A program made the translations under genes and the position numbers. A model generated the notes under the pieces. It worked only from the letters and a program-made list of their open reading frames with translations. It was not told the DNA's origin and ran no database searches. From Octopus sinensis (lineage: Eukaryota): 64,000 nt of DNA. Positions within the stretch are counted from its first letter, which is position 1. Every line of letters starts with the position of its first letter. The stretch spans positions 11,198-75,197 of the forward strand of contig NW_021833020.1 in the NCBI RefSeq assembly GCF_006345805.1. The letters are read 5' to 3'. Positions 26,401 through 36,510 of this stretch are shown piece by piece.

Positions 26401-29400
26401 AGAAAAACTTGTATAGATGTCTTTACTTCAGCTGGGAAGCAACTAAGTTATCAGGAAGAAAAACTTGTATAGATGTCTTTACTTCAGCTGGGAAGCTACT
26501 AAGGTATCAGGAAGAAAAACTTGTATAGATGTCTTTACTTCAGCTGAGAAGCTACTAAGGTATCGGGAAGAAAAACTTGTATAGATGTCTTTACTTCAGC
26601 TGAGAAGCTACTAAGGTATCAGGAAGAAAAACTTGTATAGATGTCTTTACTTCAGCTGAGAAGCTACTAAGGTATCAGGAAGACAAACTTGTAAAGATGT
26701 CTTTACTTCAGCTGGAAAGCTACTAAGGTATCAGGAAGAAAAACTTGTATAGATGTCTTTACTTCAGCTGGGAAGCTACTAAGGTATCAGGAAGAAAAAC
26801 TTGTAAAGATTTCTTTACTTCAGCTGGGAAGCTACTAAGGTATCAGGAAGAAAAACTTGTATAGATGTCTTTACTTCAGCTGAGAAGCTACTAAGATATC
26901 AGGAAGAAAAGCTTGTGAGAGATGTCTTTACTTCAGCTGAGAAGCTACTAAGTTATCAGGAAGAAAAACTTGTTAGAGGTGTCTTTACTTCAGCTGAGAA
27001 GCTACTAAGGTATCAGGAAGAAAAACTTGTTAGAGATGTCTTTACTTCAGCTGAGAAGCTACTAATGTATCAGGAAGAAAAGCTTGTATAGATGTCTTTA
27101 CTTCAGCTGGGAAGCTACTAAGGTATCAGGAAGAAAAACTTGTATAGATGTCTGTAGTTCAGCTGAGAACCTACTAAGGTATCAGGAAGAAAAACTTTTA
27201 TAGGTGTCTTTACTTCTGCTGAGAAGCTACTAAGGTATCAGGAAGAAAACCTTGTATAGATGTCTTTACTTCATCTGGGAAGCTACTAAGGTATCATGAA
27301 GAAAAGCTTGTATAGATGTCTTTACTTCAGCTGAGAAGCTACTAAGGTATCCGGAAGAAAAACTTGTATAGATATCTTTACTTCAGCTGAGAAGCTACTA
27401 AGGTATCAGGAAGAAAAACTTGTATAGATGTCTTTACTTCAGCTGGGAAGCTACCAAGGCATCCGGAAAAAAAACTTGTATAGATGTCTTTACTTCAGCT
27501 GAGAAGCTACTAAGGTATCAGGAAGAAAAACTTGTATAGATGTCTTTACTTCAGCTGGGAAGCTACTAAGGTATCAGGAAGAAAAACTTGTATAGATGTC
27601 TTTACTTCAGCTGAGAAGCTACTAAGGTATCAGGAAGAAAAACTTGTATAGATGTCTTTACTTCAGCTGGGAAGCTACTAAGGTATCAGGAAGAAAAACT
27701 TGTATAGATGTCTTTACTTCAGCTGAGAAGCTACTAAGGTATCAGGAAGAAAACCTTGTATAGAAGTCTTTACTTCAGCTGGAAAGCTACTAAGGTATCA
27801 GGAAAAAAACTTGTATAGATGTCTTTACTTCAGCTGAGAAGCTACTAAGGTATCAGGAAGAATAACTCGTATAGATGTCTTTACTTCAGCTGGGAAGCTA
27901 CTAAGGTATCAGGAAGAAAACCTTGTATAGATGTCTTTACTTTACTTCAGCTGAGAAGCTACTAAGGTATCAGGAAGAAAAACTTGTATAGATGTCTTTA
28001 CTTCAGCTGGAAGCTACTAAGGTATCAGGAAGAAAAACTTGTATAGATGTCTTTACTTCAGCTGAGAAGCTACTAAGGTATCAGGAAGAAAACCTTGTAT
28101 AGAAGTCTTTACTTCAGCTGGAAAGCTACTAAGGTATCAGGAAGAAAAACTTGTATAGATGTCTTTACTTCAGCTGGAAAGCTACTAAGGTATCAGGAAG
28201 AATAACTCGTATAGATGTCTTTACTTCAGCTGGGAAGCTACTAAGGCATCAGGAAGAAAAGCTTGTATAGATGTCTTTACTTCAGCTGGGAAGCTACTAA
28301 GGTATCAGGAAGAAAAACGTGTATAGATGTCTTTACTTCAGCTGAGAAGCTACTAAGGTATCAGGAAGAAAAACTTGTATAGATGTCTTTACTTCAGCTG
28401 GGAAGCAACTAAGTTATCAGGAAGAAAAACTGTATAGATGTCTTTACTTCAGCTGGGAAGCTACTAAGGTATCAGGAAAAAAAACTTGTATAGATGTCTT
28501 TACTTCAGCTGAGAAGCTACTAAGGTATCAGAAGAAAAACTTGTATAGATGTCTTTACTTCAGCTGAGAAGTTACTAAGGTATCAGGAAGAAAAACTTTA
28601 TAGATGTCTTTACTTCAGCTGAGAAGCTACTAAGGTATCAGGAAGAAAAACTTGTATAGATGTCTTTACTTCAGCTGGAAAGCTACTAAGGTATCAGGAA
28701 GAAAAACTTGTATAGATGTCTTTACTTCAGCTGGGAAGCTACTAAGGTATCAGGAAGAAAAACTTGTAAAGATGTCTTTACTTCAGCTGGAAAGCCACTA
28801 AAGTATCAGGAAGAAAAACTTGTATAGATGTCTTTACTTCAGCTGGGAAGCTACTAAGTTATCAGGAAGAAAAACTTGTATAGATGTCTTTACTTCAGTT
28901 GGGAAGCTACTAAGGTATCAGGAAGAAAAACTTGTATAGATGTCTTTACTTCAGCTGAGAATCTACTAAGATATCAGGAAGAAAAGCTTGTGAGAGATGT
29001 CTTTACTTCAGCTGAGAAACTACTAAGGTATCAGGAAGAAAAACCTGTTAGAGATGTCTTTACTTCAGCTGAGAAGCTACTAAGGTATCAGGAAGAAAAA
29101 CTTGTTAGAGATGTCTTTACTTCAGCTGAGAAGCTACTAAGGTATCAGGCAGAAAAGCTTGTATAGATGTCTTTACTTCAGCTGGGAAGCTACTAAGGTA
29201 TCAGGAAGAAAAATTTGTATAGATGTCTTTACTTCAGCTGAGAAGCTACTAAGGTATCAGGAAGAAAAACTTGTAAAGATGTCTTTACTTCAGCTGGAAA
29301 GCTACTAAGGCATCAGGAAGAAAAACTTTTATAGGTGTCTTTACTTCTGCTGAGAAGCTACTAATGTATCAGGAAGAAAACCTTGTATAGATGTCTTTAC

Positions 29401-30180
29401 TTCATCTGGGAAGCTACTAAGGTATCAGGAAGAAAAACTTGTATAGATGTCTTTACTTCAGCTGAGAAGCTACTAAGGTATCAGGAAGAAAAACTTGTAT
29501 AGATGTCTTTACTTCAGCTGAGACGCTACTAAGGTATCAGGAAGAAAAACTTGTATAGATGTCTTTACTTCAGCTGGGAAGCTACCAAGTTATCAGGAAG
29601 AAAAACTTGTATAGATGTCTTTACTTCAGCTGAGAAGCTACTAAGGTATCAGGAAGAATAACTCGTATAGATGTCTTTACTTCAGCTGGGAATCTACTAA
29701 GGTATCAGGAAGAAAAACTTGGATAGATGTCTTTACTTCAGCTGAGAAGCTACTAAGGTATCAGGAAGAAAATCTTGTATAGATGTCTTTACTTCAGCTG
29801 GGAAGCTACTAAGGTATCAGGAAGAAAAACTTGTATAGATGTCTTTACTTCAGCTGAGAAGCTACTAAGGTATCAGGAAGAAAAACTTGTATAGATGTCT
29901 TTACTTCAGCTGGAAAGCTACTAAGGTATCAGGAAGAAAAACTTGTATAGATGTCTTTACTTCAGCTGGAAAGCTACTAAGGTATCAGGAAGAAAAACTT
30001 GTATAGATGTCTTTACTTCAGCTGAGAAGCTACTAAGGTATCAGTAAGAAAAACTTGTATAGATGTCTTTACTTCAGCTGAGAAGCTACTAAGGTATCAG
30101 GAAGAAAAGCTTGTTAGAGATGTCTTTACTTCAGCTGAGAAGCTACTAAGGTATCACGAAGAAAAGCTTGTTAGAGATGT
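5411..30180 (+). repeat. Tandem satellite array, 56-bp monomer, ~440 copies (24.8 kb)
   Basis: Consensus GTATAGATGTCTTTACTTCAGCTG(A/G)GAAGCTACTAAGGTATCAGGAAGAAAAACTT, head to tail with no foreign insertion seen. Common variants: 57-bp GTTAGAGATG, AAAAGCTT, GTAAAGATG, CTGGAAAG. Starts directly after a (TA)n run and ends at GTTAGAGATGT|AGCTTGTT. Confidence 0.99.
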
Positions 30181-30494
30181 AGCTTGTTTGTCACTGTTTT
30201 TTTTGCATCAGGGGAATACAGGGGAAATTTTATCATGGGGTACTATCGTTGAATATTTTAAACAATATTGCTATATTGTATAAAGTTAAAATTTAGATTT
30301 AACAAGAAGATTATTATAACAAAAGGATAACATTTTAAAAAATACTTTTGAGTATTTACCAAATTTTACCACAATAGAGGGAAGAAAGAAATTACATAGA
30401 AATAGTTTAATATTTATACGTATTATATACTTAAATATTAACTTATTACGTTATTTATAATTGACGGATGTTTGTCCTCATTTTGTTTGTTGTT

Positions 30495-30540
30495 AACACA
30501 ACGTTTCAGCTGATATACCTTCCAGCCTTCATCAGGTGTC
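30495..30540 (-). ncRNA. Minimal type I hammerhead ribozyme motif (Penelope-terminus type), weakened
   Basis: Minus strand: GACAC-CTGATGA-A-GGCTG-GAAGGTATAT-CAGCT-GAA-ACGT-T-GTGTT. 5-bp helix I, 5-bp helix II with G.U at 10.1-11.1, palindromic ACGT helix III, GUU triplet. Confidence 0.65.
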
Positions 30541-30566
30541 TTCGGGAAATTTCGAATATTTTTCGA

Positions 30567-30616
30567 TGTTGTTGTTGTTGTTGTTGTTGTTATTATTATT
30601 GTTGTTGTTGTTGTTG

Positions 30617-30696
<80 letters not shown>

Positions 30697-30705
30697 ATTA
30701 TTATT
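30567..30705. repeat. Trinucleotide microsatellite (GTT)n/(ATT)n
   Basis: Visible directly; produces the poly-I/T and poly-C/Y pseudo-ORFs. Confidence 0.95.
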
Positions 30706-30805
30706 TTGAAGAAAGTCGGCACCCGAAGTTTATTTGCTGCCGACTATAACTGCGCTTGCGCGGTGGATTTGTAAAACTATAATGTATAAAGTTGAGACAT
30801 GAGTT

Positions 30806-30881
30806 CCCTCTTGCCGATGAAGAACACGGATAACAAATTATTTTATTTGTTCATTAATGTTCGAAACCTAGGTACAAATGG
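30806..30881 (+). ncRNA. Hammerhead ribozyme motif with extended helix II (U4C variant)
   Basis: TTG-CCGATGA-A-GAAC-ACGGAT-AACAAAT-TATTTT-ATTTGTT-CATTAAT-GTTC-GAA-ACCTAGGT-A-CAA. Palindromic helix III and GUA triplet; core reads CCGAUGA instead of CUGAUGA. Confidence 0.6.
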
Positions 30882-31136
30882 TAACTATTGAAAATGTTTT
30901 TTATTTTTCATCCCCTGCGAAATTACTCTTAACCGTAGTTTGGGCTTTGACTGTTCCTTTTAGCATGTATGGTGTCCTGTTAGGGTCACCTCTTTTGTGT
31001 ATATATGTACACTAATTTTATATGTAAAACATGTTGTCTATGACTATTTTATGCATGCTAGCCACTGGTAGAAAGTTTCTCTAATTTTTCTACCCTATAT
31101 ATATTTTCTTAAGATATATATATTCTTTTCTTAAGG

Positions 31137-31167
<31 letters not shown>

Positions 31168-31684
31168 CTTAAGCCTTTTTCAAAGCGTTCCAAATAATTT
31201 TTCCTTCGTTCAGACTTAACAGCCCTTAATGTTTGTGTTACTGTTATTCTCCTTGTCCTGTCTTTTACTGTTTTTATTGGTATTGTCTTTACTGTCCTGT
31301 TTTTGTTACCGCTTTTACTCCTCTGCAAAAAATCTCAAACTTTTTTTTTATTTGCTTTGCGGGAAGGACTGTTTCCACGATGTCGTGTCTCGCTTTACCT
31401 TCGAAACACGGAATAGACGAACCAGAAGGGGAATTTTCCTTGTGTTGTATGTCTTGTACTCTATGTTTTCATTGTTTAAGAAAAATGTCCATTTCCTTGG
31501 TTTTGTGTTTATGTTTTGGTTCGATGTTTTTTTTTGTGTCCTGTACCCATATATGCATGTATATATACACGTAGAGGTAGGTACGTACATATATGTATGT
31601 ATATATGCATATGTTTTATTTATTATTTTGTTATTATATATATAAATATATACATCTATATATATTTATATATATATATACATA

Positions 31685-31796
31685 TACAGGGAAAAATTCA
31701 ATTTAGTATTAAATATATTTTATTTTTTCTATATGATATGTTTTGTCTATTATTGTTTGAATTACATAATTGTGGTTTTTCTCTAATTTATATATA

Positions 31797-31810
<14 letters not shown>
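31685..31810 (+). repeat. AT-rich interspersed repeat; inverted copy at 37150-37270
   Basis: TACAGGGAAAAATTCAATTTAGTATTAAATATATTTTATTTTTTCTATATGATATGTTTTGTCTATTATTGTTTGAATTACATAATTGTGG matches the reverse complement of 37150-37270 with few differences. Confidence 0.9.
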
Positions 31811-31835
<25 letters not shown>

Positions 31836-31849
31836 GTGTATATATATAT

Positions 31850-31899
<50 letters not shown>

Positions 31900-32353
31900 A
31901 TGTATATAATATAATATATATATAATATACATATATGTATATAATATAAATATATATATATAATCTCTATTTATAAAACTGAAATGCGAAAAGTTTGTTT
32001 GTTTGACTCGACCGCTTGGACCGCTTTCAAAGCCACTACATCCCGTCGGATTGACTCCAAAATTTACAGGGACATGTAAAATAAGGTGACGATGCCCGTG
32101 GGCTACGTTAGAAATCCCTATCTTAAAAGGTGTCGTTGCTAGGGCCAAAAACCCACTTTGACAAGACACTCTCAGTCTTTTATGTATCTGTCTTCCTCCC
32201 TCACTCACTCTATTTCCTCCCTTCCCATCACTTTCCATATATAACGTCGATTCGTCAAACGGCGTTCTACAGCGCTTTCACACACTCTCTCTCTCTCTCT
32301 ACACGTCTGTCTGCATTCATACAGACAATTATCATCGCCATCACCACCACACA

Positions 32354-34822
32354 GGTTTGGGTGGCCGCACTGCTAGAGTTAGGCAACGGTTAATAACATT
32401 CGATGTTGATAATGCCTGGATTGTTCCATTCAACCCTTTGCTTTCCAAAACATTTAATGCACACATTAATGTTGAGTACTGCAGTTCGGTGAGATGCATA
32501 CAATACCTCTGCAAGTACATTAATAAGGGCGATGATATGGCCGTGTTTGTGTTCAGTGATGAAGACCTTAGACATGACGAAATTAAACAATTCGTTTTGG
32601 GTAGGTATGTATCCTCCAATTATGCAGCGTGGCGCATTTTTGGATACGAGATTCATCTAAGCTCACCATCAATTTTCCACCTGAATGTTCATTTACAGAA
32701 GAGACAGCTGGTTTACTTCACAGAGAAAAATGCACGTCAAGTCATTGAACATCCAAAAGGGACTACGCTTACAGCATTTTTTAAATTGTGTTCAGTTGAT
32801 GAGTTTGCTGCTACTCTCATTTACCCTAAAGTACCGGAATATTACACATACAACAACAATAATTGGAAGCGCAGGTCACATGGAACAGAACTTGACAATT
32901 GGCCCGGTGTTTCTAGGAAGAACGTCATTGGGCGTGTGTATAATATTCATCCTACCAAACAGGAAATCTTCTTTTTGAGAATGCTGCTTCATATAGTTAC
33001 TGGACCGAAGTCTTTTGCTGATCTTCGCACGGTTGATGGTATCATCTGCGCCACTTACAGGGAAGCATGTTTGAGGCGCGGACTACTTCTCAATGACGAC
33101 CACTTACACAGGACATTAGCAGAGGCCTCAAGTTGTAAACTGCCATGGCAATGCGTCGATTGTTTTGTAGCATTTTAATCCACTGTAATCCCAGCAACCC
33201 TCTTAACCTTTGGGAATCGTTCAGACAGAGCCTATCAAAGGACATACAGGCTAATTTAGCGCTACGTGATGGCAACGACGATGTTTATAATGAGGCATTA
33301 ATCGACATGGACAGACACATCAGACGCTATGTTATACGCGGTTTTAGTGAATTCCATCTGCCAACACCTGTCCATCATGAAGCGCCTTTGGATGTTGAAT
33401 ACATGTCAGAAAAAAACTACAACATTGCCGAATTGACGGAAACAATTACGCGAGATAAACCAAGACTTTTGCCTGAACAAAGAAAGATTTATAATAAAAT
33501 TCTTGACAGCGTTAGATTGAACCAAGGAAATCTTTTCTTTTTGAATGCTCCAGGTGGTACTGGTAAAACTTTCGCTATCAATTTGATTCTCGCAAAGCTG
33601 CGCGCTGAACGTCGAATTGCCATTGCATGTGCCTCAAGTGGTATTGCGGCGACACTGCTTCAAGGCACATTGTGCATTCAAATTGCCCATGGACATTGGA
33701 AAAAAAGATAATCCTATATGTAATATAGATCGTAGTTCCTCAAGAGCAAGACTTCTTCGTGAATGCAGTCTTTTTATTTGGGATGAGGCTACAATGAGTA
33801 ATAAGGCCATGTTTGAGGCTCTTGACAGAACCCCCCAAGATTTGCGTCACAATACAAGAATAATGGGTGGAGCTACGTTTCTCATGGCAGGAGATTTTCG
33901 ACAAACTCTTCCTGTTGTCCGAGCAAGCACTCGAGCCAATGAGGTTAATGCACGTATAAAGCATTCTTATGTGTGGCACAGTGTAATCAGTCGCCATCTT
34001 CAAACAAACATGAGAGTCCACCTACGTGGTGATGTGGAGTCTGAGGCTTTCGCAAAACAGCTATTAGATCTTGGTGATGGAGTTTTGCCTTTCGTTGATG
34101 ATGAGCATATTCGGTTGCCGTTTGGGAATTTCGTTCCAAATGTAGAAGAACTTATAAGAGCCGTTTTACCTGACGTCGAAACCAACTTCCAGGATCTCGA
34201 TTGGCTAAGAGCAAGAGCTATTCTATGGCCTCATAATACAACAGCTGATGCTACTAATAAACAAGTGCTTGATATGATTCCTGGTGAGATAGTTTCTTTC
34301 ATGTCCATCGATACAAATAAAGATGAGAATGATGCAGTCAAATATCCACCCGAGCTACTCAACAAGCTAACACCTCCGGAACTTCCACCTCATCTTTTGT
34401 GTTTGAAAGTTGGTGCTCCAATCATGGTGCTCAGAAATATGGAAACGCCTGAAATATGCAATGGAACCCGAATGGTTATAAGGAGGATTCAGAGCCATGT
34501 TATAACTGCTGAAATTTTGAGTGGACCATTCGTAGGAACAATGAAGATGATACATAAAATGAGTATTTCACCCTCTGATGTTCCCCTTCAGTTTAAACGC
34601 TATCAATTTCCGATAAAACTATGCTTCGCGATGACAATCAACAAGTCACAGGGACAATCACTGGACATTGTAGGCGTTAACCTGTCACAACCGGTTTTCA
34701 GTCATGGTCAATTGTACGTAGCCTGTTCTCAAGTTGGAAATCTGCATAAACTCTTCATTCTTGGCAATCATGAGCGCACAAGGAACGTGGTTTATCAGGA
34801 GGCTCTGACAAAACAAAACTGA
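32354..34822 (+). pseudogene. Helitron RepHel (HUH Rep C-terminal part + Pif1-family SF1B helicase), 5'-truncated, two frameshifts
   Basis: VDNAWIVPFNP, HINVE and Rep motif 3 YLCKYINKG; then FFLNAPGGTGKTF (Walker A), ASSGIAATLL, LFIWDEATM (Walker B), GDFRQTLPV, FPIKLCFAMTINKSQGQSL and SHGQLYVACSQV. Frameshifts near 33145 and 33665. Rep motif 1 and the HUH motif are absent. Confidence 0.95.
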
Positions 34823-35696
34823 TTGTAAGTCATGAAATTTTGCTTGATTTTTTATTTTTCACCTCTTCATTATCTCTTCATTCTTGAAAATAAAGACATT
34901 AAAAAGAACATGGTTCATAAAGAACATTGGGTTCAGATGTTTGCAAACATTTGATCCAACTCATTCTCTTTATTCCTCATTTTCCGATTCCTTCTACGTC
35001 TCCATTAAACGGTTTAGTCAAGTTATTGTTTCTTCGCTAACATAAGACAGTCATAAAGTGAATGAGTTCTTAATTACATTTTATACACTGTTCCATTGTT
35101 TAGGTGGTGTCGAAAGGACTGGCATGTGTCACCATATAAACTCTCTCAGTCAAACTCCCAACTCATAAGTTCACATCGTGATACTCTTTCTACAAAACTG
35201 AGCCGGGTGTGAATTCTAATTTCATACAGTATTGCAGATGTGAGTTTACAGTCTGCCTTTTTTGGTTTAAACTATCTTCCTGCAGGTTAAAAAACTTCTT
35301 TTTTTTAGAGTCCTCTACAATATTCGCCACCGAAATTCCATTTTCCACTTTTATGATTATACCCAGAGTGCTCTAATCGAATATTAACTGTCTTCCCATT
35401 GGCGGACGTTTGTCTTTTTTTTTTGAAACAAACGCATTGCTTCTTTCGTTTTAAAACAATAAAACAATGCTACTTTAATACATTGGCCCAAGAAACAAAA
35501 CATCACCCACTCTCATTCTATTATGTATCTGTCTTCCTCCATCACTCACTCTCTTTTCTCCCTTCCTTTCACTTTCTATCTATAACGTCGTTTCACAGCG
35601 TCCATTATCCCCCCTCCCTGCCTACCACAGCGCTTTCACACACACTCTCTCTCTACGTCTGTCTGCATTCATAGAGAGAATTATCATCGCCACGAC

Positions 35697-36086
35697 CTAA
35701 TAATAGGAGCACTCCGTCGGTATTACGATGAGGGTCCCAGCTGATACGATCAACGGAACAGCTTGCTCGTGGAATTAACGTGCAAGTGGCTGAGCATTCC
35801 ACAGACACGTGTACCCTTAACGTAGTTCTCGAGGAGATTCAGCGTGACACAGAGTGTGACAAGGCTGGCCCTTTGAAATACAGGTACAACAGAAACAGGA
35901 AGAAAGAGTGAGAGAAAGTTGTGGTGAAAGAGTACAGCAGGGTTCACCACCAACCCCTACAGGAGCCTTGTGAAGCTTTATGTGTTTTCGCTCAATAAAC
36001 ACTCACAATGCCCGGTCTGGGAATCGAAACCGCGATCCTATGACCGCGAGTCTGCTGCCCTAACCCCTGGGCCATTGCGCCTCCAC
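35697..36086 (-). mobile_element. tRNA-derived SINE family B, full length (390 bp), nested in the Helitron, 10-bp TSD
   Basis: Minus strand starts GTGGAGGCGCAATGGCCCAGGGG (A box) and GGTTTCGATTCCC (B box). TSD TCGCCACGAC at 35687-35696 and 36087-36096. Second copy at 62341-62712. Confidence 0.88.
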
Positions 36087-36223
36087 TCGCCACGACGACC
36101 ACCACACAATCATGAGAACAAATATGAATCAGATATTTATTGGGTTAATTATATATGTGTGTATGTGTATCTATATATAATGTATATATAATGTATATAT
36201 ACAAAGTGTATATATCTGTATTT

Positions 36224-36276
<53 letters not shown>

Positions 36277-36338
36277 GTATACATTTATATATATACCACA
36301 CTCTTACCCGCGCGTAGAGCGGGTCACCTTCAGCTAGT

Positions 36339-36389
<51 letters not shown>

Positions 36390-36510
36390 ATATATTATAT
36401 ATATATGGTTATCAGTAACAATAAAGGGTGAAATTAATTAATTTGGAATAATTATCAATTACACCAAGTAGATTTCGGCATGTAAAAGCCCCATTCGAGG
36501 AAAATTTAAG

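Larger units (their letters stand above)
31964..36337 (+). mobile_element. Helitron (canonical type), defective, both termini intact
   Basis: 5' A|TCTCTATTTATAAAA at 31963|31964. 3' hairpin ACCCGC-GCGTAGA-GCGGGT (36306-36324) followed by CTAG|T (36334-36337|36338). No TSD, inserted in an A|T site. Contains a Rep-helicase remnant. Confidence 0.92.

Noticed and set aside
5411-30180. CRISPR-like array or repeat-protein gene
   Set aside because: Monomers are contiguous with no unique spacers and no cas genes, and the context is eukaryotic. 56 is not a multiple of 3 and stops (TAG, TAA) limit ORFs to under 100 aa.
5411-30180. Super-enhancer-like cluster of E-box (CAGCTG) and ETS (CAGGAAG) sites, or a CENP-B box
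   Set aside because: Short motifs occur by chance in any monomer and are multiplied by the array; no CENP-B box match seen; no functional evidence is available from sequence.
35697-36086. tRNA genes in SINE heads (also 46512, 57810, 62341)
   Set aside because: A and B boxes are present but there is no complete cloverleaf or acceptor stem; they continue into SINE bodies and one has a TSD.
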